Below are positions 29,301 to 38,699 of a DNA stretch of 64,000 bases, in pieces. The stretch lies in NCBI GenBank assembly GCA_013265495.1, contig MU057521.1:2058335-2122334 (forward strand), in the 5' to 3' direction. Source of the stretch: Vicugna vicugna (Eukaryota). Numbering within the stretch: the first letter of the stretch is position 1; each line of letters opens with the position of its first letter. A program made the position numbers and the translations under genes. The notes beneath the pieces were generated by a model. It did no database searches, was not told where the DNA came from, and saw nothing but the letters and a program-made list of their open reading frames with translations.

Positions 29301-32300
29301 TGTGCATGAGGTCGGGTTCAATCCCCAGTGCCACCGTTAAAGGGAGGAAGAAAACACATATATTGTATATATACAAACCACTTTATTCGTCAAAAATTCC
29401 ATAATCAAAAAAATTTTTAATTTTTAATACCCCATTTCCCCTCAAGTTAACTTAAATAAATAATTGAAATGAAATCACTTTCTAGTAAAGCATTCTGTTC
29501 TTTGATCACTTGTATGTGTATGTGTGTTAGACCCTATACATTGTTTTTTGTCATAACCTCAAATCCTAGGCAATTCAAACAATGTCACCTTTTAAAAAAC
29601 AATCTAATATATATTTTAATTAGGAAAATCTTACATGCTTTCAATGAACTATTCACGGGTGAAGTTAACTCTTTTTTTCCTTTAAACATCGTGCTGATTA
29701 GTATAGAAAAATGCATCATGAAAAAAAAAAGAAAGAAAATGCGTCATGAGGACGGTGATTTTACCTGCTTATCATTAACAGAGTGTTTTTCAATTTCCTT
29801 CTTTGCCTGCAACAGCTTGTCCTGAAAGCAATGAGAACAGTTAATTCTGGTGACTGTCTAGTTATCTGCTAAAAAGGAGAGAAAAAGCAATTATTTGTAC
29901 AAGTATTTATTAAATGCCAGAAAACACACAGGACAGCACCTGGACTGCAGAGCTATGGGCCACATTCTATGGAAAAAAAGCAGCTATAAAATATGCTAAG
30001 GTATGACGAAGTGACAGCAAGTTTTTAAATTTATCGCAGAGAGAGATAATAGAAAATTTAATGAACCTTAAATTCCAATTATCGGTGTTAATTACTAAGG
30101 GTCACCCTATCAATTCTAATAAATGTTTTAATTTGACATTATTTAGATACGAAACAAGAAGGACCACATTGCTATGCAGTGCCTCTGCAAATTAAGGGTA
30201 CATATGAGCCCATGTTAGTGAGCCCATGTTAAGAGATCATCCAATGCTTTCCTCCTCAACTGAAAAAACAAATATAGTAAAAATCTCTTTTTAGATGGAC
30301 TAGGTAAACTTATACCTGGCTACTTTCAAAGATATTCTGAGGATAAGCAAAGCTACCCAGGCCACTGAGTAATTCTTTCAAGATCTCAATTATGCTTGTT
30401 TCAGTCATTTTTAGGAAGACAGAGATCAGTTTACAGTGTCTTAATTTGCTATAAAAACTATAATTTAAATACATCATGACAGCAGAGAAGAACAAAAGCA
30501 GAGGGGAATCCTTCCAAAAGACACGTAGGCTTTCTAAACAAGAATGTGTCTATAATAAAATTATATTATTCTATTAGTAAAGATGTACACAACCTGTACA
30601 TCGTTACCAAAATCAGGATAAAAAAATTCCACTGGAAAATAATGCATTTCCTGATGCCAGAAGGTTCATTCACCTCCAGCGAGTGATGTGAGGGCCACAG
30701 AAAGAGCTTCTGAGCTCCTAAAACACTGGCCTCCCCCGCCACCTGCCTCCTTTTTCATCTGTCTCATGTCAAGTATCAGCGTTGTTTGAATTCCACAAAA
30801 TGGCATTTTATCACAGTTGTGTTTTCAGGCATGGAAAGTGGTTTCCATTCCAAATGTAATGGATTCATCATTAGAGAAGTCAGGGGATAAACCAAAGGTA
30901 GCTAATTCTGTCTTTCCTCATTGTTAAAAGAAATGATAGATGCCCAAGCCTAACTGTATCATTATTTAAGCATCTCCCCGAGCACTCAGTGGCCTGCCAG
31001 TCCCCTCCACCCCGCACTCTTCCCCCTGGGCAGCACTGCCACGCCCTCTGGTTCACAAGTGAGTCCAAAATCCCCAATCAACGATGCTGCACTGGCGTTC
31101 CCAGCCTCTCCATCATCCCTCCCTTCATTTCTTCATTCCACAAATATGTTTTGAGTGCCCACTCTGAGCCAAGCTTTGTGCCAAGGACAGAGTGACAGGT
31201 GTGGACAGGACAGCGGTGGTCCTTCCCCCACCCTATGGAGCAAGAGGACTCCCTGACTGTTCATGTGAATACAGTGTCACTGCTTTGGGTGCTGGAAACA
31301 ACTCTGCAAGACTAACAGGCACTGAAAAAAAAAAAAAAAAAAAGAAAGAAAAACAGACCTTGTGTCGACTTGACACAGAACAACACAGGTTTTGCTAAAC
31401 AGCTGAGGAGAGTGAGATTCCCCTGCCAAGGATGGAGAGGCTCCACTTCACTAAAGATAAAGATCATGTCATAAGCAAATTAGAGAGAAACAGCTACACG
31501 TCCTTCGGGAATCAGGAACCAGCCCCACGATCACCACGTCAGCCTCTCTAGGTGGGTGGCGGGCCCTCCCTGGCTTCCTCTGACCAGGAATGCTACTTAA
31601 CTAGGTCTCCACCTTTCCTGCCTTGAGATCTGCAGTGTCTATGATGTTGCCTAAAAGTTGCTGGCACTAAATAAATATTCGTGGAGCAACCTAACTTCAA
31701 CCAACAAGTCTTTGCCCTAAATATGAGAAATAATCAGTGGTTCAGAGATCACACCTCCAAACAGAGAGGTGAGCAATTTCTGACACAGGTGTGAACACTT
31801 GACATTCATACGGCCTCTGTTAGTTACAACACACAGTAAGTTAGCAATAATGTACATAGAAGACTTACCTCATTTCGTGCCACCAGAGTTATAAACGCTC
31901 CTTGTTTATAGCACTCAATTGCAATGCACTTTCCAATGCCACTGGAGCCTCCAGTAACCTAAAAGCAAAAATTAGGAAATCTTCTTAGCACTTGAAATTT
32001 CCCTCCAGTTGGAAGTTTATTTAAAATAACTATAATGGGCTCTAAAAACCAACCAACCAACGAGAACTAATTGTTAGTTATTGTAGCTTCTTCATCCCAG
32101 ACTTAATGAATGGAGGAAGCGCGAACATGACAGATCATCCTGTCAGCGGGGTGTGCTGCTGTGACTGTTTCCAGCACTGAATACCTATTTTTCTGAGTTC
32201 ACTAGGGGGAAAGCGCCCTATACATCTAGCTAATAAACGACCTGCCTTTGAGTCCAAATCCCAATGAACCATTTCTTTACTACACGTCTCCTATTCGTGA

Positions 32301-35300
32301 CCAGCTCTACAGGAGATGAAAAGAATGGTCACCTGCATATATCTAATGATATTTTAAATGACTACTTATTATAAAGTAATGCATGATCACATGGGAATAC
32401 TGAAAAGTAAAACTTTTCTTCTTGCACTAGTCTAACCCTTACCATCTACAACTCAGCCACACTGGTTGTCCTTCGGTTCCATGTTCTCTTTCCAACCGCA
32501 GGACCTTTGCACATTCTCTTTTCCCTGCCAGGAATGCTCTCCTCCCCTTCTTCATCTAAATTGATACCTCTTTACCCATTAAACCTCAGCTCAAATATCA
32601 CTTCCTCAGGAAATCCTTCACAGACTGCCCCACTTCTACCTTAACCTACTTTTCAGCACTGCATCCTTTTTTCCCCTTGTTTTACATCACTCACATAATC
32701 AAACAGCCATGCACTTACTTGTGCAATTACTGGATTCACAACCATCTCTCCCATCACCCCATAAACACCATAAAAATAGCAACTCTGGCTGGGGGAGGGC
32801 TTAGCTCAGTGGTAGAGCGCATGCTTAGCAAGCACGAAGTCCTGGATTCAATCCCTAGCACCTCTATTAAAATTAATTAATTAACAATAAACCTTAAAAA
32901 AAATACCAACCCTATTTTGGCTCCTCACTATATTCGCAGCACCTAGTACAGTGTCTGGCATATAGGAAAGTCTCAATATATATTTAACTTAGTAAGACAA
33001 ATACGGCATTATCTTGCTAGTCATTTTCCCTATGCATATAGTATAATATGGGCCAGGGCAGTGGGGGGCCTGGAGTTATCGGGTGATGGGGGGAGGGAAG
33101 CGTCAGAGAGCATCTATCCTTACATGCTTTTCTATCCTGCTGTAAAACACATTATACCATAAGGTCTGAAGTCGGAAAACTAAAAGGCTTTACACTGCAT
33201 TAAATAACTGTATCAAAACTTAATCCTTTCTCTATAGTGAGACATGAAGATTATTTCAAATAATTCACTGCTGTAAATCATGCTGTAATGAACATCTCTG
33301 ATCCCATCCCGTATTTTAAAGCATCATGAAGTCCTCCTACACACTGAACTATCTACCTGGGACTCCCTTATTTTTCTCGAGCCTCGACTTCTCACCATTA
33401 AAGAGATTTCTTTGGTGGATAATTAACCAATTATCTACCAGTTACTGTAAAATTGTATCTGTTGCCCTAACAGTCACCTCTGAGGAGCTCTTTGCTACTG
33501 AAATACTTCATGGGTGGTTTGATTTATTAATTTTCACCAGACATTCCAATTCCATGGCAGTTACCAAGATCCTGAAAAATGGCCCTGGCTGCTTTCTGAT
33601 GCTGTTCCTACTGCCGAAAGGTCTCTCCACCCAATGTGGATTTCCAAATCCTACCTAACGTGCCAAGGCCAGTTTCAGTGAATCCTCCTCCAGGAAGCTT
33701 TTCCAGGCTCCATCCCTCCGTCCTGTCCTTTACCTGTCTTTACGCTTTCTACCTTGTGCAGTTACCTCTGTACCTTCTGGCAGGCTCCCTTGCCAGACTG
33801 TAAGTTCCTTGAGGACGATCACCAAGTCCAAGTCATCTCCCTCATTCCCAGCACAGCACTTTTCATAAACAGTTGTTAAATAAATACCTGCCTACATTAA
33901 TTTGCAAGATGGTGTATGGTGCCATTTCCCTGAAAAAAATACAACGTCAAAAAAACTTGTGAGTGAAATTTCCCTATTTGTTATTCAGTGAACTAATGAA
34001 ATTGAAGTGATGAATTTACTGAGGAAATGTATATGCTCTAAAAGTACTCTGTAGATATTAGCTACTGTGATAATTCCTCTTTTTTTCTAGACTGTAATAG
34101 GTGAGCTAGCTGTGTAAATTTACTGCACAGCCAAGAACAGGGTTTAACCCTGTAAGTTTTGTCCATAAAACCAAGACTAAGACTTCAACTTTGGAGTCAT
34201 GGTTCATGGAAACTAAACTTCTAGGTTAAGCCAGCTAATTCACAGAAGGTATCCAAGGATATACATAAGTCAATCTAGGCTATGTCATTCTTGGATGTTA
34301 TAAGAAAATATAAGGGATTTTTCTATTGGCTGAGAAAATGGTAAATATGTATTGAGTTGTCTGATCACTGGTAAATTGAGAAGAGATGCGGGACTCTAAA
34401 GAGTCGAATTCCTTTCTTCATGTCTTCCTCTTACTATTCATTGCAAATATTATTTAAAATGTTACTATGTATTTAATCATAATGTACACCTGTCACTGAG
34501 GGCAGGAGAGAGGCGGTCCTCCAAGGACAGCTTCTCCCACCCATCTCCCAAAAGGGGAGAACTTGATTTTCCAGTTCTCACCAAGTCAATTCAACTGCTT
34601 TTAAAAAAAACCCAGCTGGCTTAAATTGGCATATACTAAGACTTGCTGTACCACGTTACCACTGTAATTAGAGAGAGAACACTAGCATAACAGAATTGTT
34701 CTCAAAACAAAACAATAACTAGTTATGGCCTAAGCCTGTTCATGCCTCCACAAAAGCAAGACATTCTAAACATTAGGTCCCTCTCCTAACACTACCCGGT
34801 CTAGTCCTAGCAAATCTCAAGAAAAAGAATTACACTTCCACTCTTTCTATGACATTAAAAAAAAAGACAGATGGTGACATCATATGAATTATTCATGTCA
34901 TCCTCACATTACTGCTAGAGGCATATGAAAAGGGGGTGGTGAAAATAAGAAATTCTCCAGATCTATCCCAACAGATGCGTGTATTATCTACGGCCTGCAG
35001 AAGCATGATGGGGCTGGAGGAACAGGGTTAGCAAGAAATTCTCCAGGACCTATCCCAGCAAGATGTGTGTATTATCTTATCTATGGCCTGCAGAAGCATG
35101 ATGGGACTGGAGGAACAGGGTCACCATGAAGTCCCGTTCAAACAAACACTGAATGCAAGTTTTCATTACTGCTTTGACTTCACCATTTTCCAAGTTATGC
35201 TCTGCAGACGTAACTTCTGAAAGAATCCAACTTCTAAAGCCATGCTTTTGAGGCAGAAGTTCTCTTGTAGATGTGACACTTTCAGAATTTAGCATGATTG

Positions 35301-36623
35301 TAAAACTTTGCTCCCCCTGCCCATGAATTTACACCTACCTCCTCATCTATCTTCCACATCAGGAATAGCAGCAGTTGGAAATATACTAATAGTTTTACAC
35401 GAGAGAAACTACAGAAAATGCATGTTCCCATTCACAAACTCTCGCCCCGATGGAAAGCACCCAGAAAGCAAGGCCCATCCCCTGGTATAACAGCTCACTG
35501 GGGAGGCTGGGATCTCAGCGGAGACACCCAGATGTCACCTTCGGCACCAGGAGGATTTTTGCACCGCCAACTTAGTAACTAACTCTCCTTATTCAAAACC
35601 TCCCGCCTCAATGTGCCTCGAGGTTGTGGAAACCAAGCAAGAAAACGGACGAGAAAGCCACAGCAAATGGTGAAGTGCTGGGCGCCAGTAAGAAGGCATT
35701 CTCTCTGCTTAAGATGCCCCACCTGCAGAGAAGGGATCTTTGAAGACACGAGCTTCTAGAAAGAAACAAACCAAACCCATTCGCATGTCCTTTATGCCTA
35801 AAGCACTACCAGGTCGTTCGGCTCATCCCTCTGACTGGAACGATGGCAGAGGACTGCACTGAAACAGCACTCGGCGGACCCCAGACTGAACTTGGAAGAG
35901 ACAAGCAGTGTAGACAGGACAGAAGCGTCCCAATGCCGCTAGCTAGGACTGCCAGCCCACCGGGTCTGGAGCAATCCCCCACGCCCCCACCCTCAAGTGA
36001 GTCACTTTCCGGATTCCTTTGGCAACTGTCACTCGCACAGACCACCTTCCAGTTCCGAGTCGCCCCGGTGGGTCCTGGAGGCTGGGACCCTCTTCCCCGC
36101 TGTTCGCCTCCTCGCGACCCGGCCAGGACCGCGCGCCTTGCCGGGAGCCGCCACCGACCGCGGTGTCCTCGGCAAAGTTTCTCAGCCTCTCTGTTCTTCA
36201 GTTGACTCATCGAGAAAACCGAGGACAAAAATATCCAGATCCCAGGGATGCCCCGGGCATTCAGGAGGGCCTCCTGAACCCCTGCAGCGCCGGGACCGGA
36301 CTCTCGGGCGCTGACCCCGGCGCCCCGCTCTCCGGCCCCGGGAGGAGCCAGATGCAGCGGAGGGCGGGTCCCCGAGGCCCTCCGAAGGGACAGTGCCAGG
36401 GCGGACGGCGGCAGGTGACCCTCCATTTGGAGCAGGGGACACTGGAGGCTCGGCCTGGGTTGCGGGCCGGCCAGCGGGCCGGGAGGCGGCGGCGCAGCAA
36501 CAGGAGGCCACTCACCACCACATGCGCCCCGGGCAGGGCGAGCGGCTTGGGGCTGATGAGCGGAGACACCATGTAGAGCAGCAGCACGAACGCCACGAGG
36601 AAGGCGGCCGCCAGCAGCAGCAT
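5219..36623 (-). CDS. KDSR: KDSR, 3-ketodihydrosphingosine reductase (SDR family), complete spliced CDS of 10 exons, 332 aa
   Basis: Manually joined exons 108+90+57+66+96+192+84+84+102+120 = 999 nt, all with GT..AG introns. Translation [12 protein letters not shown]...TGGSSGIG...YSSSK...VADKTA* is recognisably KDSR, with the Rossmann TGxxxGxG and catalytic YxxxK (Y186/K190) motifs intact. Confidence 0.99.
6848..6949 (-). CDS. KDSR: KDSR exon 9, [34 protein letters not shown]
   Basis: 102 nt, TAG acceptor, GTGAGC donor. Confidence 0.97.
7127..8780 (+). mobile_element. hAT-Charlie DNA transposon (Charlie1a-like), interrupted by an L1 3' end
   Basis: 5' ttctcaaaatgtgagtcc...ctgagaccctttcagtgggtcc and 3' aaacaaaagtcctccggggttctcaacaac...aaaaagcgtgcgaacc resemble Charlie1 ends. 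Decayed transposase peptide [19 protein letters not shown] in ORF 7510..7881. Confidence 0.75.
8320..8578 (+). mobile_element. 5'-truncated L1 3' end with (TAAA)n tail
   Basis: ctgtatagcacaggggactatattc...tgtgctgcacaccaggaactgacacattgtaactgac is homologous to the L1 tail at 61510-61680. Confidence 0.75.
9744..9827 (-). CDS. KDSR: KDSR exon 8, [28 protein letters not shown]
   Basis: 84 nt, TAG acceptor, GTAAGT donor; overlaps ORF 9465..9824. Confidence 0.97.
11900..12095. mobile_element. MER3-like hAT MITE within L2 remnants (~11410-12660)
   Basis: ttaaaataaattaaattaaaaatt...tagccaca...ctattggac...gctg is the typical MER3/MER33 pattern; flanks resemble L2. Confidence 0.55.
12967..13050 (-). 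CDS. KDSR: KDSR exon 7, [28 protein letters not shown]
   Basis: 84 nt, CAG acceptor, GTAAGT donor. Confidence 0.97.
14657..14760 (+). mobile_element. Short L1 3'-end fragment
   Basis: actgaatctctttgctgtacaccagaaactaacacaatgttgtaaatcaactacacttcaat plus A tail is near-identical to 61617-61682. Confidence 0.75.
16980..17190. mobile_element. MER58A-like hAT MITE
   Basis: ggggttggcaa...ataaagttttattggcacac...tttacagaaaagaatttatccaaccctg, with TIR-like ends. Confidence 0.7.
17304..17517. mobile_element. Tigger-family MITE (MER8/Tigger2a-like)
   Basis: Terminal inverted repeats cagttgaccc(ttga)...(tcaa)ggtcaactg flanked by TA on both sides. Confidence 0.85.
18024..18668 (+). mobile_element. Internally deleted Tigger1 with a nested SINE
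   Basis: Ends caggcacacc...gaggtctgcctg|ta; internal aacaaatcgaaggttcgtggcagc...caccattttcccaacagc is typical of Tigger1. Confidence 0.8.
18337..18460 (-). mobile_element. tRNA-derived SINE (camelid Vic-1-like)
   Basis: Reverse complement GGGGAGGGTATAGCTCAGTGGTTGAGCACGTGCTTAGCATGCACGAGATCCTGGGTTCAATCCCCA shows A and B boxes, then an AT-rich tail. Confidence 0.85.
18937..19128 (-). CDS. KDSR: KDSR exon 6, [10 protein letters not shown]...YSSSK...ALQME
   Basis: 192 nt, CAG acceptor, GTAAGA donor; overlaps ORF 18835..19122; contains the catalytic Ser/Tyr/Lys residues. Confidence 0.98.
20560..22660 (+). mobile_element. Old L1 ORF2 remnant (endonuclease to RT), heavily decayed
   Basis: A-rich + strand; peptides [27 protein letters not shown]...[13 protein letters not shown] (L1 endonuclease); many stops and indels. 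Confidence 0.9.
22670..22935 (-). mobile_element. MER21-like LTR fragment
   Basis: cccaaagaccacctcc...atgacagcaaaaggacaca is similar to the LTR at 38150-38690. Confidence 0.5.
25817..25912 (-). CDS. KDSR: KDSR exon 5, [32 protein letters not shown]
   Basis: 96 nt, CAG acceptor, GTAAGT donor; SDR NxAG motif. Confidence 0.97.
26122..26187 (-). CDS. KDSR: KDSR exon 4, [22 protein letters not shown]
   Basis: 66 nt, CAG acceptor, GTAAGA donor. Confidence 0.96.
26400..26925 (+). mobile_element. L1M 3'-UTR fragments
   Basis: gatgagtaagttctgggga...gtcaattatgcctcaataaagc, and a second end tgtaaattcttatctcaataaagttg. Confidence 0.7.
28130..28268 (-). mobile_element. tRNA-derived SINE (Vic-1-like)
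   Basis: atactggggattgaacccaagaccttatgcatgctagtcatgtactctaccactgagctat; same tail as the 18337 copy. Confidence 0.85.
28355..29240 (+). mobile_element. L1M 3' fragments
   Basis: ccaagtgttggcaaggatgtgg...aactggaaacaacctaaatatccaccaata...gtatgtgaattatatctcaataaagctg. Confidence 0.75.
29261..29355 (+). mobile_element. tRNA-derived SINE (Vic-1-like)
   Basis: ggggggtacagctcagtggtagagc...gggttcaatccccagt, flanked by a probable TSD atatattgtat(t/a)tata. Confidence 0.85.
29765..29821 (-). CDS. KDSR: KDSR exon 3, [19 protein letters not shown]
   Basis: 57 nt, CAG acceptor, GTAAAA donor. Confidence 0.96.
31869..31958 (-). CDS. KDSR: KDSR exon 2, [30 protein letters not shown]
   Basis: 90 nt, TAG acceptor, GTAAGT donor; carries the NADPH-binding motif. 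Confidence 0.97.
32787..32898 (+). mobile_element. tRNA-derived SINE (Vic-1-like) with TSD
   Basis: gggggagggcttagctcagtggtagagcgcatgcttagc...ggattcaatccc; TSD aaaaatagcaactct (32772-32786) / aaaaataccaaccct (32899-32913). Confidence 0.88.
34947..35121. repeat. Local tandem duplication, two copies of ~86-89 bp
   Basis: aagaaattctccag...ggcctgcagaagcatgatggg.ctggaggaacagggt at 34947 and again at 35033. Confidence 0.95.
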
Positions 36624-37200
36624 CTCTCGGCCGGGGCCGGGCCGGGGGCGGGCGGCCGGGCGGCGCAGGCGCAGGCGCGCTGGGCTCCGGGGAGGGCGCG
36701 AGCGCGCGGGGCGGCGCTTCCAGAGGCGCGGCGGAGGCGGCGGCCGCAGCCCGGCTGTGCGGCGAGGTTTCCTGGTGCCCACGCTCCCTGGGCCGGGCCT
36801 GGGCCGCGCACCCCCGGCACCTCCGCCCGGGAGATGGGCCTCCCCGACGCGCAGGGCCCCGGCCCCGGGCGGCGCTGCCTGGAGTGCTTCTAGGTGACGC
36901 CCGCGGCTGGCGGCGAGGGTGCTGCTTAGGACCGCGGAGAGCGGGTTGCCAGGCCTCCCCGAACCGCGCGCCCCGGGGTCGGGCCGCCAGGCTGCTCCGC
37001 TTCCGCCGCTTCCGCCGGCGCTCCAGGTGCCGCCGCGCGGGCCCGGTGGGAGCGTCTCGGAGCTTTGCAAACAGCGGCCCTGGGATCTGCGGACCTCGGT
37101 ACCGTGTGGAAGCCCGGGATCAAGCTCTGAACTCCGGGGCTCCATTTCGTATTTTCTTGGCGTGGTTGGAAAATGGTCCCAGGCCGCTTTCGCCTTGCAA
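35800..37200. promoter_or_regulatory. CpG island / TATA-less KDSR promoter
   Basis: Very high GC and CpG density around exon 1; GC boxes (GGGCGG), tandem NRF1-like GCGCAGGCGCAGGCGCGC at 36663-36680, tandem ETS-like (CCGCTTCCG)x2 at 36997-37014. Confidence 0.9.
36516..36623 (-). CDS. KDSR: KDSR exon 1 (coding part), [36 protein letters not shown]
   Basis: ATG at 36623, hydrophobic N-terminal anchor, donor GTGAGT at 36515-36510. Confidence 0.97.
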
Positions 37201-37324
37201 AGGACTGGGAGAGCCTTAACGTGGAATTTTAAAAGTCACTTAGATAATTCACTTTCGTTAAGCTCGGAGTTCATCTTCTTTACCAAGGCAGGGGTTAGGG
37301 GGGAAAAAGAAAGAAAGAAAGCAA

Positions 37325-38035
37325 GCTTTGCTGAGATCTAATTTGCATATCATACAATTCACCCATGAAAAGTGCATTAAAAAAGGGTTTCGGTATAGTC
37401 AGGGTTGTGAAATTGTCACCGTTTTACATTGAGTTACACCCCCACCTCCAAATCCTGCGCCCATTAACAGTCATTCCCCATTTCCTCCTAAACCCTGCCC
37501 GGCCCTAGGTAATCATTAATCTTTCTGTCTCTATAGATTTGCCTATTCTGGACATTACATATAAATGAAATTATAGAATGTATAGTTCTTTGTGTATGGC
37601 TTCTTTCGCTTAGCATGATGTTTTCAGCGTTCATCCATGTGGCACAATATATCAGTACTTCATGTTTTTTATCACCAAATTATACTCCGTTGTGTGGACA
37701 TATCACATTTTATTTATCCATTCATCGCCTGATGGACATTTACGTTGTTTCCACTTCTTGACTATTACGAATAATGCTGCTATGAACATTGATGTACAAG
37801 ATTTTCATTTCTCTTGGGTATGTACCCAGGAGTGGAATTGCTGAATCTTACGATAACTGTTTAACCAGAACTGCCAGACGTTTCCAAAGCAGCTGCACAA
37901 TTTTACAGCCCCCACCAGCAATGTATAAAAGACTCCAATTTCTCCACATCTTTGTCAACACTTGTTATCATCTGTCTTTTTAATTATAGCCTCCCTAGTG
38001 GGTGTGAAGTGACATTTCATCATGGTTTTGGTTTG
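37325..38035 (-). mobile_element. L1MB-like 3' region
   Basis: tctatagatttgcctattctggacatt...atccattcatcgcctgatggacattt...ttccaaagcagctgcacaattttaca. Confidence 0.85.
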
Positions 38036-38149
38036 CAAAAAGCAGTATTTTTGTTTGCTGGCTTGCTTTTTCTTTTGGTAGTTAGTTTTACAAATACTAA
38101 GGAGTTCAGGAACAAAAGAATTAATCTGAGTTTTTCTTCTTTCTTAACT

Positions 38150-38690
38150 TATTGCCCAGGTTTAGCCAAATTGCAAGGTTTGAGGGCACTGTCTCCCAAG
38201 ACTTCTGACATCAATTACAAGTTTGAGGAGGGGGGTTCCTAAGCCACCCTCAGTTCTGATAATTTGCTAGGACTCACAGAGCTCCCTGAGTGCGTTATAC
38301 TCATGGTTAAAGTTTATGACAGCAGCCAAGGGAAGAAGTGCATAGGGCAGTCTGGAGAGCTTCCGATGTGACCCTCCCAGCGCCGGGCTGTGACAGTATC
38401 CATGGAGTACTGCCAGCCAGAGTAGTTCCTGTGGTGTCTGAGTTTGTACTGGGGTTTCCTTATGTAGGCATGATTAATCGATTGCTCTGAACTCAGTCAC
38501 CAGATCAACTGACGACACAGGACAGGGAAACGTCCAGCGAAACCACATGATTGGTCTTTCTGGCAGGGCCAGGCCACCCCCGAAAATCCAGGTTGGCTAG
38601 CCCTCATCTACACAAGGGTCTATCAGGTATGATACAGGTTACTTCCAGGAAGCCACGTCCAAAGCTCTCCGACAGCAAAACAAACATGTG
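38150..38690 (-). mobile_element. MER21-like LTR (probable 3' LTR of the adjacent ERV-L remnant)
   Basis: ggggttcctaagccaccctcagttctgataatttgctaggactcacagagctc...gttatactcatggttaaagtttatgacagc resembles the MER21 consensus. Confidence 0.65.
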
Positions 38691-38699
38691 CTTAACATT

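Noticed and set aside
35806..37341. Cluster of overlapping 100-290 aa ORFs on both strands as novel genes
   Set aside because: They are G/R/P/A-rich products of stop-codon scarcity in the CpG island; only the 36516-36623 segment is recognisable coding sequence.
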